From Lobosporangium transversale (Eukaryota), in contig NW_019028999.1 in NCBI RefSeq assembly GCF_002105155.1, positions 372,001-436,000 of the forward strand: 64,000 nucleotides of DNA, read 5' to 3'. Under the pieces are notes generated by a model. It was not told where the DNA came from, did no database searches, and saw nothing but the letters and a program-made list of their open reading frames with translations. The translations under genes were made by a program, and so were the position numbers. The first letter of the stretch is position 1. Every line of letters starts with the position of its first letter. Below, in pieces: positions 24,501 to 37,436 of the stretch.

Positions 24501-24950
24501 GTAGTAAAGGAGTTCCCAGCAAGCACACTGCTATAACGAGACATCTTGTCACACAGGTATGGCTTTTTTTAAAAAAGTAAGCAAAGCTGGAAAGCCATAA
24601 AACCCTTGCTAATAAACGACTGCCATTTGAAACGCTTAGATCAAAGCACGAGGACACTTCGCTGTAGGAGCGCACGAATTTTACACCAGCGCCCGCTGTC
24701 CCCGACCCCTCTGCGATAGCTTTTTAGAGATGCTGTACCCTCGTTCTAAATATTGGAGGACATGTAAGGTATTCTTCGACCGTGACGCAGTAGGGGCGGA
24801 AAACATCGCAAAAATCGGTCTTGCTCAAATTGAGAGGCAAGAGAGACCTGCAAAGTACAGGCTCACGGAAGAGTCGCCTGCTCCGGCTGCAAAGCGCGCA
24901 CGATGCTAGACACAAGTATTTGGGTGCCGGCACACCCACAAAAAATTTGT
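21570..24950 (+). mobile_element. Decayed Fanzor-encoding element; boundaries approximate, left end especially uncertain
   Basis: Carries a TnpB/Fanzor-like nuclease gene with inactivating lesions, followed by a 3' hairpin. It sits between two conserved host genes. No TIR or TSD was identified. Confidence 0.7.
21840..24909 (+). pseudogene. XPG/FEN1-like nuclease fused to a Fanzor (TnpB-like RuvC + Zn finger) nuclease; disrupted
   Basis: Exons about 21840-22443, 22527-23340, 23433-24556 and 24640-24909. FEN1-like motifs: EAD (21911), SQDSD (D at 21971/21977), GNDY (22124). RuvC motifs: IVGCDPG (D 24087), HEFYTSARC (E 24676), DRDAVGAENI (D 24784). Lesions: TGA at 21995 and a frameshift in A8 at 24384-24391. 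Confidence 0.85.
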
Positions 24951-24970
24951 AAGTTCTGTTTATTTTCGTC
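24870..24970 (+). ncRNA. Candidate Fanzor omega-RNA scaffold / element right end
   Basis: Hairpin TGGGTG-CCGGCA-CACCCA (24921-24938) closed by ACAAGT/ATTTGT (24912-17/24945-50), immediately after the Fanzor stop. The position matches known omega-RNAs, but there is no expression evidence. Confidence 0.4.
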
Positions 24971-25741
24971 TCCTGTATCCTCTCTAATCTTTTGCCCCTG
25001 AATTTCTGGACTAACTTTAAAAACCGTACAGATCAACAGATAACTTTGACTTCGCCGAATTACGTAATTGGAGACGTAAGGGCTCTCGAACGATGTTACA
25101 GACGCTACAATCAGCCATCTGTGTCTGATAAGTTAAGTTTGCCACAGGGCAAATTTACTGTCAATAAATTGATCAAAAAGCTTTAGCCATATTCATTTAG
25201 TTTCCCTGCTTGATGAACAGCATCCAAGGGATACAAACTACTCATACAAGACCCATTTGAACTTGGTTTAGGAAAAAGGTCTATTTCCATCAATAAACAT
25301 TAAATCCTATACCTTGTTTACGCTTAGTCCACGTGATCATATACTGATTTTCAAAGAGAAACTTACACATCTCATCAGTTCATTGCGAGAAAATATATTT
25401 CTCATCTTTTTTTGTTGCAGCACCACGGCTCATTTACAGAATTCGCGACTGAGATTGGAGCACACAAACATTGATCTTACATTTATTTCATCCTTTGAAC
25501 GATCACACACCTCTCCTCCCTGTCATTACCACTTGTTTTGAGTTACGCAATATACAAATCACTTAAATCAAGGCATTCCTGACACTGTGGGACCACAAGC
25601 ACAGATTTACACGTTTTACGCTCGTTTTATAGCTCTCTGCAGCGCGCGTCATTTGGGGACGCCTGCTCAGAGTATCAGAGACGTCTTTAATTTCCTATCA
25701 CAGATACATTTGCACGGAAACACATAGACTTGTTTAGCAAA

Positions 25742-27956
25742 ATGAACCCAACACAGCCACAGCCACAACCTGCTATCACCCCTGAGATGGTTGCCAATCT
25801 GTCACAGGAACACATCACTAGCGTGTTGAATGTAAGTGTGTGTTGTTCATAAAGAAACAACAAAGTGCCTTTCGTTACGATGATTGCCAACAGTGTCTCA
25901 TTCTTGTAGTTTTATACTTACAATATACAATACCCTTTTGTACGATATGTCAACGTATAGGCTGTAAGGAATATGAAAGCCGCTGGCGCAACAGAACAGA
26001 CCAACCAGCAATATGCCCAGCTGATGTCCTTGCTGCGTGCTTATCAGGCTGCCCAGGCTCAAAACCAGCAGCGTGCCCAGGCTGCCCAGGGTCTTACGCC
26101 ATATCAACAACAGCAGCAGCTCCTTCAAATGCAACAACAGCAGCAGTTCCAGCAGCTTCAGCAAGCTCAACAACAACAGCTTCACCAACTACAACAACAA
26201 CAACAAGTAGGCGCTTCTGTCCTACCTCCTACTCAGGGCTCGCCATTCTCTCAGGACCAATTGGTAGATTTACGCCATCAGATCATTGCCTTCAAGCTCA
26301 TCTCTGCTAATATGGCTGTCCCCCCAAATTTGCAGGAGGCCATCTTCACTCCCAAATCAGTTGAACAGGTCTTGAGCGCCAAGGAACCTACGGCTTCGGT
26401 GGCTGGAAGAGTTGTTGATGTCGCTCGTCATCATTTGTCAGAACAAACTCCAACCGCATCAGACTATAACGCATATACATCACCTTTTTCATACCTTCAG
26501 AAGACTTTACCCTCGGCAGTACATGCGTCGCGTCAGCAGCGCTTGTTGATCCCTAGTATCTCGCCAGTTGGTATTGATCCATACGCATTGGCTCAGGAGC
26601 GCGATAATCGTCTGAAGAACCGTGTTAAATATCGTATTGAAGAGCTAGATGGTCTTCCTAGCAATATCGCCAGTGAGGCTCTTGACCCCTCTGGAGGTCT
26701 TCTGGGCCAAGAAAACAAGGCGCCACCATCTGGACCCAAGCTTAGGGCCTTGATTGAGCTCAAGGCGCTAAGGCTTCTGGAGAGGCAAAAGAAGGTATAT
26801 GCTTTGTTATCCTGTCATTATCTTTTACATTTTGGGGAAATTGATTGACTGATCGATATATATATATGCATCACTATCTGCAATACTAGCTTCGTGCGGA
26901 AATTATTAAGGGAATGTCAAAGGCAACTATGCTCGCAACATCTACTGATCGAGCCGCTTATCGTAGAATGAAGAAACAATCCTTACGTGAGGCCCGAATG
27001 ACCGAGAAACTTGAGAGGCAACAGAGACAGGATCGCGAGGGACGCGAGAAGCAGAAGCATCTAGACTACCTTCAAAATATTGTAAATCACGGACGTGATA
27101 TGATTCAATGGCATAGGACACAACAGATGAAACAGAACAAGTTGGGACGTCTCGTTCTTCAATTCCACGCTCATGTGGAGAAGGAGGAAGCCAAACGTAT
27201 TGAACGTATCTCTAAGGAGCGTCTAAAGGCTTTGAAGAACGATGATGAGGAGGCATACATGAAGCTTATTGACCAGGCCAAGGATACTCGTATCACACAT
27301 TTGTTGCAGCAGACCGATTCTTATCTCGCTTCACTCGCTGAAGCTGTGACAGCTCAGCAGAACGACTCTATTCATACAGATGCAACCACTCGTGGTGGCG
27401 TCGAGCTTATGGATGACGAATCGAACTTTGATTACGGTGAAGTACCAGTAAGTCCCATGTTTATTTTAAGACGTCTAAAAACGATTCCCTTCCCTTTTTA
27501 CAGTATTATATACCGGTTAAATTAGGCTGACCATCTATCAATGTCCGTACATTCATTTAGGACGAGAGCAGGCGTAATGACTATTACAATATCGCCCATA
27601 AGATCCAAGAAAGGATTGTTAAGCAACCATCGATTTTGACTGGAGGAACACTAAAAGAATACCAGATGAAGGGTTTGCAGTGGATGGCATCACTTTATAA
27701 CAACCGTTTGAACGGCATTCTGGCAGATGAGATGGGACTGGGTAAAACCATTCAGACTATCTCTTTGGTTACATTCTTAATCGAAGCTAAACAACAAAAT
27801 GGTCCATTTTTGATTCTCGTTCCTCTCTCGTAAGTGAGATGTCGTGGGATTATTTATTTGGATGCATATATTTGAGACATGCTGTTATGGAAGTCTGTAT
27901 GGCCTGACCTAATATTGATTTCTCTCTCTTTCTCTCTTTCTGTCTCTTTCTCTCTC

Positions 27957-28010
<54 letters not shown>

Positions 28011-30600
28011 AAGTACATTGACTAATTGGACTCTGGAATTTGAGAAATGGGCTCCTCAGGTGACCAAAGTCGTTTATAAAGGTGTCCCCTCACAACGCAA
28101 ACACATTCAACAAACAGAGATCCGACATCGTAATTTCCAAGTGCTATTGACGACTTACGAATATGTTATTAAGGATAGGCCAATTCTCAGCAAGATTAAA
28201 TGGGTTTACCTTATCATTGATGAAGGTCATCGTCTAAAGAACGCCAACTCTAAACTGTTTGTGACCTTGACTCAACATTACTCTTCTCGCTACAGACTCA
28301 TCTTGACGGGTACACCCTTACAGAACAACCTTCCTGAGTTATGGGCCCTCCTCAACATGGTTTTGCCCCGTGTCTTCAATTCTGCCCAATCTTTTGACGA
28401 GTGGTTCAACACGCCCTTCGCAAATACGGGTGGTCAAGATAAAATCGAATTGAACGAAGAAGAGGCTCTTTTGATCATTAAACGTCTTCACAAGGTCTTA
28501 CGACCTTTCTTGCTCCGTCGTCTCAAGAAGGACGTAGAAGCGGAATTACCAGACAAGGTAGAGCGCGTCATTCGGTGCAAGATGTCGTCTCTTCAGCTCA
28601 AGCTGTATAACCAGATGAAGAAGCATGGTATGCTTTTCACTCAGGCAGGAGAAAAGGGGTAAGAGTAAACTCTATTACGTAAACTTTAGGTTTTGGATGT
28701 TGAGTTTGCTGGATTTGGCAATGGCATGCTGCAAGGTTTAAAGCAAATATAACAAAAATCTGCACTCAATACCAATCCTGTTTTGATAACTACTTATTAT
28801 CAAAACGAATCACATACAAACTAATACTTATATATCCTGATTGTTTAGGCGTACTGGAATTAAGGGCCTGAATAACACTATCATGCAATTAAGGAAGATT
28901 TGTAACCATCCGTATGTGTTTGAGGAGGTCGAACGTGTTATCAATCCAGCCAAGGTGAACAACGATCAGCTGTACAGGGTTGCAGGAAAGTTCGAACTTT
29001 TGGATCGAATGCTCCCAAAGCTGTACAAAACGGGGCACAGAGTTTTGATTTTCTTCCAGATGACAGCCATCATGAATATCATGGAGGATTTCTTGCATTT
29101 CCGTAACTACCAGTACATGCGTTTAGATGGTTCCACAAAGGTAATTTGATTTTCCCATCAATGGATTGCTTAGCTTCAGCAGATGTTGGTAAATACAGAC
29201 GTCATGGATAGAATGTTGACAATAGTTGTGTGTTTTGTTACTTTTTGTAATGCTAGTCGGATGACCGATCCGCTCTTCTCAAGCAATTCAACGCTCCGGA
29301 CTCGCCATATTTTGTCTTCCTGCTAAGTACAAGGGCAGGAGGTCTTGGTCTGAATTTGCAGACGGCAGACACTGTCATTATTTTCGATTCTGATTGGAAT
29401 CCTCACCAAGACTTGCAGGCACAGGATCGTGCGCATCGTATTGGTCAAACGAAAGAGGTGCGTATCTTCCGATTGGTGACAGAAAAGTCTGTGGAGGAGC
29501 ATATTTTGGCTCGAGCTCAATATAAACTCGAGATTGATGGTAAAGTCATTCAGGCTGGAAAATTCGATAATAAGAGTACAGCTGAAGAGCAAGAGAGATT
29601 CTTACGTTCACTGTTGGAGAGCGACAATAACAAGGAGGAGAACGATGTAGAGGAAGAGGAGATGAATGATGAAGAACTTAACGAAATTGTAGCTCGAACA
29701 GATGAGGAGATGACTATTTTCAGAAAGCTCGATGCTGAACGCAAGCGGATTGAAGACGAAGCATTTGAGCGGGACGGTATCCGGCTTGAGCGTTTAATTC
29801 AAGAATCAGAGTTACCAGAGATTTATCTCCACGATGAGGATCCACACCAGAGTGTGCAGGTTGAGGAGGATCTCGGACGTGGTCAAAGAGTGAGAGCGGA
29901 GACTCGATATGACGATGGATTGACAGAGGAGCAATGGCTCGAGGCGCTTGAGGACGAGGACAAGGATGTGAACGAAGTCATTGCACAAAAGTTGGAGCGA
30001 CGCAGGAAAAGAGAAGAAAAGAGACTCCAGAAAGAGAACGCTCTTGCGGCTGGTGAGGATCTTGATGCAGAACCCAAGAAGGGTCGTGGTAGAGGAAAGA
30101 AGACCTTACGCGATGAGGATGAGGAGGAAGTGGAACCTGCAACCTCCAAGAAGGGTCGTGGCCGCGGTACCAAGTCCTCTACGTCTAATGAGATCACAAA
30201 GCCAACTGCTAAGGGTAAGAGGGGTAGGAAACCCGATGGAGCTTCCGCTAGTCAGGATACACTTGGTGAGAACGAGCGTAAGGCTCTAACAAAGATTATG
30301 GAGCAATGCTATAAAGCGCTTGAAGAATGTACTGTGGTGGAAGAGGAAGGACTCCGACGCCGCTGCGAACTATTCCTTCATTTGCCGAGCAAGAAGGAAT
30401 ATCCTGAGTATTATCAAATCATTACTCGTCCGATTGCCATGGATATCATCAAGAAGCGGATGAGATCAACGCACTACAAGTCTCCTGCTCAGTTTAAAGA
30501 GGATGTCCATTTAATGTTCCAGAATGCACGTACTTTTAACCAGGAAGGCAGTTGGGTGTATGTAGACTCGGAGCGTCTAGAGGTAACAAAATGGCTGTGC

Positions 30601-30638
<38 letters not shown>

Positions 30639-31208
30639 CTTGGTAGATGGAAATTTCTTTTTTTATAACCATTATCACCACCAATATTATTGTTATTTTA
30701 GGAGGCTTTTGATGAAAAGTTTAACGAGTTGTGTCCAGAAGGCAATATTCCAAGGAGCGAATCGAGCAAGGATGTGAATACACTGAAGCGTCCTGCACCT
30801 GTATCAGATGAGGATGAGACTGCATCGCAAGATCGCCGACAGGGTCTTGTCAAAGCTCAAGGCAAGTCCAACGGCCATGCTCGTCAACATAGTCGCAGTT
30901 CTAGTGTGGGATCACGACCGACGTCCCAGCAGAAGAGTGTTCATAAACGGCAGAAGAAGGACGAGCATGATGATGATGATGATGAAGAAGAGGCTGAGGA
31001 AGACGATGATGATGACGATGACGACGACATGGCTGTAGATTCTCTAGGAACAGACGACAGTGATGAGAGTGATGCTGGCCCTATGAGCCGGAACTCGGGG
31101 CCTCAGGCTCACATCAGCAATAACAGCAGGAATGGGGCGTCTAATTTTAAGAAGAGGATTGGAGACAGTGATGAGGAAGATGTAGAGGACGAGGAGGATG
31201 AGGATTGA
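25742..31208 (+). CDS. SNF21: SWI/SNF-RSC ATPase (Snf2/Sth1/Snf21/BRG1): QLQ, HSA, SNF2 helicase, SnAC, bromodomain, acidic tail
   Basis: [18 protein letters not shown]. Helicase: [54 protein letters not shown]. Bromodomain: [11 protein letters not shown]...NARTFN. Multiple canonical introns. Confidence 0.96.
27959..28012. repeat. T32-A22 inverted homopolymer directly before an intron acceptor
   Basis: Read directly from the sequence. The acceptor AG is at 28012-28013. Confidence 0.9.
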
Positions 31209-31339
31209 ATACAAAAATAGTTCTTATTTTTCTTTTATATTTTTTACATGGAACGCGTTTTTATTTTAAGAAATGCACAATAGTGGTACATTCAATAAAA
31301 CATTTCTAGTATTTTTTTTTGGTTCTGATTATAACTGGC

Positions 31340-31366
31340 TATGACTATGACTATGACTATGACTAT
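31340..31366. repeat. (ATGACT)n microsatellite
   Basis: atgactatgactatgactatgactat. Confidence 0.85.
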
Positions 31367-32847
31367 AAAATATGTGGAGAGCAAGAGAGACCTTTAGAAG
31401 AAAGCAAAGAGTTGGTGCCTGGCTCTTCTCTCAGCTGAGGCGTAGCTAAAGAAGAATGCAAACGAGAAGGATACCCACGATTGATATTTTGCCAGCAGGT
31501 GGACACATCCAACAATAATAAAAGTTCGATGATGGCTGTTTTAAATTTTACCTGTGACGAACTTGAAAGGAGCAATTTAATTGGCTGCCAATACATTCGA
31601 GGCTATTTAAAAAAAAAAAAAAAAAAAAAAATTATGTGAAACATCTAGACAGCCAAACCCTCTAAACGTAGAATAAAGTCGATGTTCAAAAAGGGAAAAG
31701 GCTAAGGTCAACGATAATTATCGCAAAGGAAAACAAGACTACGGAATATGAAATAGAAAGAAATGCAATTATGTTATATATATATATATATAATAACTGT
31801 CTGTATATATGATATATATATATATTATATATATATATATAATATATAAAATATTTACTAAAGTAAAAACCTATAATACATATAAAATATATAAATATAC
31901 AGATTATAAATACATTGTATTCTATATATTAAGAGGATAATTCATCATTCTTTTTCTGCAAAGAAAAAAAATAGGGTGCGTGAATAAGGTTTCCTACAGC
32001 TTATTGTTTTGCACCAACTTGTTTCTTACTGGCCATGGTTTCGGTAAAGGAAAGAGATGATGCATAATGATAATGATCTATGCTGCTGGGTTTGCTTCTT
32101 TTTCTTTTTTTTTTCTTTTTTTTTTTTTTTTTTTTTTTTTTTTATCTCTTTGTGAGGAATAAGCTATCGGAGTTCCTTGGTTCTTATTGCTACCCTCTGT
32201 CTTTTTCTTTTAAGGAAAATGGAACTAAAGAGAGAGAGGAAAGGGGAAAAGAAACTAGGAAGAAAAGGAGCGCTACTTTGACAATGTTTGTGAATCATGT
32301 CGCAGTTTAATAAGTGATACTTCAATGGTAGAAATATACCTTATTCTATTTTTTATCTTGGGCACAATAGGTTCAATAGGTTCTAGAGGAGGTTGGGTTG
32401 AAGAGATGACATGTATATATATATATATATATATACTAGGTATTGTATGTATATCAAGTATAGAACAACATTATTTATATCAATAAATTTAGGCTTAATT
32501 GACAACAAACAGAAAAGAGTAATGAAGAACCAGAAAGTGGGATTGGAGAAATCATTCGTAAAAAAAAAAAAAAAAAAAAAAAAAAGAGTCGCGTTGTCCC
32601 TTCTTTTTTCCAATGTGTATATTTAGCTTTGGCTCAATAAACTTCGTTCTGTTATGACAACACAACCATCTCTTATCCATATTGGGTCAAGAAAAAAAAA
32701 AAAAAATTCCTCAGAAGTACACGCTCACTCGGAAGATTGAGTTGTGGAAAAATAAAAAAAATAAAAAAAAAAAAAAAAAAAAAGAAGCAGGGTTGTTTTG
32801 TGAGCAGCAGCAACAACAACAAAAGCATCAAACTCTGTTCTCGAACC

Positions 32848-32880
<33 letters not shown>

Positions 32881-34900
32881 GAAGGAATGAGACAAGTGAG
32901 AAAGTACGTGAGTGAGTGATTGAAGAGAAAAAAAGAGCTTAGAGCTTCAATTATTCACATTCGTCGATGTTTTGTCATCAAGAAAATGTAGAGCAAACTA
33001 ATGGCGAGGACATGCGTTAGATTGGGATTTTTTTTTTTTTTTTTTTTGGCAAATGGATATGTGTACAGTACAGGGAGGATAGGGGAGAAGGGGAATGAGG
33101 GCTCATAGCTTGGAGAGAGTTCGGCAGAGTGATAAAGTATATAGAAAGGGTAGGAATCAACTAAAATAAAGTAAGGAGGAAGGAAGGAAGGAAGGAAGGA
33201 AAGAAGGAAGGAAGTTGAGCCTTGGATGCTAAAGAAAGAACGCGGCTCTCTTTCTCGGCAGTCAAAAAAAAATAAAAAGTTGAAGGGCTGGAGGCTCTGA
33301 TTTCATGCAACAAACCAACAATAGACGCGTGCATGGCCCATGATCACTTTTTTTCTCTCGCTCTCTCTCTCGCTCTCTCTCTCTCTCTGTCTCTTTCTCT
33401 CTCTGTTGCATTCTTGCATGACAAAAGAAATAAAAGTGATGACATAAAAAAAAATAAAAAAAAAATAAAAAAAAAAAAAAAAAAAAAAAAAAAGCGCGCG
33501 CATGCTAAACACAATCTATGATCTGAACCTGAAATCAGTTTTAAGAAATGAGCAAGTTCCTCTTTTATAAACCCTATTCATTGGAATTATGTGTACATTA
33601 TATTTACATATTACAATATTATATAATATGGTTTTTCAATGCGAAAAACAAGGGCACAAAATTAACAAACATATTCATACTTATCCAGTCAAGTCGTAGA
33701 AAATATACACTAACCATTCACCCACACTCGTGTATTGTATACAGTCCTGTATATTCCTGTATATCCCTCTTTATTTATATGTATTATAAAATACTTTGTG
33801 CGCTGTAACAATACACACATTCCATATGCCTATTACAAATCTGAATCAACCCTTCTCCATTCACTCCTATGTTCTTTATAGTAGTTTTCGAACGGAGGGC
33901 TGCCATCTCGAAAGGCATTGACAGAAAGATATGATTTGTGACATAGTCATGTAAGCAATTGGTGTGTACATGGCAACAAGATTCATACTCAACGGTCGCA
34001 TACATCAAATATCGATATACACATTATATATATATAATATATATATTCATATGTATTACATTTTAATTATGGATCTAGCGCGGAAATAAACTAATAAGGT
34101 GTTTAAACATGACTTGATCCGATTACTACTATCCTTGCAAAGGTACAGTATCCTCCTTGGCCTCCGAGGGAATTTAGATATACAACTTGATAAAAAATAA
34201 AATAAAATAAAATAAAATAAAAAAGATGGACAGGGTCCATCTATAAACTGTAATTGTAGACGGCACAACTGAGGGGATTAAGGAAGATGGGGGCACAGGA
34301 AACAGTTGAACATGTGTGCAGAGCAAGTGAATGACAGCCATCATCAAGACATTATTGCACAGATTTTTTTTTTTTTTTTTTTTTTTTATATACACCCATC
34401 CCATTACCTTTCATCTATGACAACAAAACGGCGATTTTTATAAAAGCACATTCAAAAAAAGAAAAAAAACTTTGTCCCCGTATGTTTGCATCAAGAGTCG
34501 AGCATACAAAGAGCAAGGGGGGTCGCAGCACACATCATTCTTAGTTTATATTCTTTTTCTGTTATTTATTTCTTTCTAAAGCATGATTTATAGCACTCTG
34601 TTGTAAACAAACACTGACTCTGCAGAAAAGCTCTTGATTTTCCCGCCTGTTCCTTTGTCGGCCTGTGTATTTTGTAAAGTCCACATCTCATCCCATATTT
34701 CCCTCTTCTATTCTCTATCTCAGCATTCAAATGGCACCTGATGCTATTATTTAGGGATGCGGGTCCCGAAATCATCAGAAGATAGTTTAAAAAATAAAAA
34801 AATAAAAAAATAAAAAAAACCTCTACTCCTCAGTCAACAAACCGATCAGTTTGCATTTTGGAAGCATGCTCATATTGTTCTTTACTGTTCGCAGATAGGG

Positions 34901-34932
<32 letters not shown>

Positions 34933-34953
34933 CCTCGTTAGTCTCGGGGAATG

Positions 34954-34989
<36 letters not shown>

Positions 34990-35684
34990 GACGCTGAAAG
35001 ATACAAGTGATGAATATTATCCAGGGTCATGTGCTTTCTCCAAAGAAATGAATGGTGACATCTGGATTATCGATCGAGGTCTGGAAAAACATAAAAAGTA
35101 GATCTGAGGGAAGGGAAAAAGACACTAGCAGATTACAGATGTAATGCTATGCTTTTGTATGCCATATCAATGCCTAACTACCCGAAAAGTAAAAAAAAAA
35201 AATCTACAATGCCGCTGTTCTGATTTAAGCAAGATGACAATATAAAGAAAGCCCTGTCCATTAAAACACTTGCTGGAGCCTTAATTTTCTTAGGTACCGA
35301 TTCACTCTTTGACGCCTTTTGGCCATGAGGGTACTGAGAAGAACGTTTTTTATTTCGTTTCGCATTGGTTGATATTAAATTTATTAAATGCGTACGTCTA
35401 GAAAATACTTTAGAAACATTTTGATCTGGAGAAGGAACCTGAGCCTTGAACTGATGAAAGCTTCATTTCATAGCGTGCTCAACGATCGCCTTTTGTTCTC
35501 TGGAAATATTCCGTGGTCATGGATTACATTCCCGTGCCATACTTTTATGTAAGGCTCCTTAAAATCAATCCATATCTTGACTTTAAGAAGCTTTGATCAC
35601 GAAAGAAAAGTAAGAAGAAAAGTGCCGCGTTTTGATTACTGATAATGAAGATGGACTAATCAAGCTGCAAGATGCGAGATGATG

Positions 35685-35728
<44 letters not shown>

Positions 35729-36091
35729 GATTTGATGGTGCATCACCCTCCGTCATTTGGATCTTAAGGAGTCATCTTACTTTTGCCTTAGCTTGTATAT
35801 ATTATACACAATAATAATGGGACAAAGTGTATTGGTTTAAATATAGACTTCAAGGCAGATAGAATAAAGTAATGAATAGAGTAAACTAAGTATTATGACG
35901 GCTCTTGGTAAATATGTTATGTAAGACAAGAGTAAGCGGAAATATTTTCATGGTTGCCTGTCCGGAAGGGACGCTTGTTGTTTGAGCAGTTTCAGTGTGG
36001 AAGTGTGGAAGTGCAGAAATACATCATTACTAGAAAGAGACTGAGCGGATTGTTTGAAGGGGGTATTTAGCATCTCGAAATGAATCTATTA

Positions 36092-36126
<35 letters not shown>

Positions 36127-37403
36127 GGATACTATGCACGTAATCATTTTTAATAAGAAAGACCCCAGTACCTCCTCGAAAAGGAAACCTTTTAGGGATC
36201 CATGAAAAACCAGGATATCAAGAACCACGCTTTTTTGTGACAGAGAAGATAGGCAAAAGGGCTGACAGAATATTGAGTTGAAAGGAGATTCTTTTTTTTT
36301 TTTTTTTTTTTTCCTTTCGATCAAATGGCCACTTTTTGATCCTTACGTTTGGCTCCCGGTATTATCTCCAAGCACCCTGACTCCTCTGTTTACTTCGTAA
36401 CCCTGTTCTCTGTCACCCGCCAGTTTTATTTTATTCTGTTTTATTTTATTTTATTCTATTTATTTATTTTTGTCAGCCCTGCTGCACCAAAACAACACAA
36501 GGTACAACTGACGCATGCACGATGCCACTCGTTAGTATCTGCAGCTTCGCACAACACAACATGACACAGGGTTGTCATCGCGATGCAGTCTCAAGTATCA
36601 CTGGTCTGTTTGTGTCTGTGACAGGTCCCTGTGCCTTGGAGGCAATTCATGTACTACCATGAAGATACAATTGCAGGGATACGTCCCACCGGGTACCTGA
36701 AATGCTTACTCTGTTGAACAAAATACTCTATTTCAATTCTATCTTTTAATATGTTATATATATATTTAATGTTTCTATTCTTTATTTTTTATTTTATTTT
36801 TTTCATATTCCGTTTTTAACAACATCGGATTTTCCTTCGCTCTCGCACGCTCAAACTTTTCCGCTTTGTGGGTGTGAGAGATGGCCTCATCATGTTGAAC
36901 TTGCTCTGCTCTTTTCTTGCCGCCCTTGCTCAAATTAACAACATTTCACACAGCAGGCAGATTTTTTTTTTTTTTTTTGCATTGATTAAAGCTGTAGTTC
37001 TAATAATTTATTTTGAGTATTGAATATAAATGTATAAATGTATACACTTTCAAAAAGTTGTTTACTATTCAATTAATCATATTCAATTTAAATGTTTCGT
37101 GGACCTTATTCAATAAAGTCTAATGCTCAATTGACATTCTGTTTAATGTTAGCTTGTTCTATAACAGCTTCAAGCATGTTGGCTTATTCTTTGACTTCAT
37201 TTTTGCGTTGTCGATAGACTACCAATTACAATATCCAATATTTTATACATTATAGTACAATTGTCCTGACGAAATCTGGGGTGTACCAAAAAGAAAAAAA
37301 AAAAAAAAAAAAAGCTGATGTATTTCCTTCTTCCATGACGAGACCATGTCCTTCTCTGCATGAACGCCCCTGGCATCAGTTAAAACATTTGTGCTTTTGC
37401 TTA

Positions 37404-37436
<33 letters not shown>

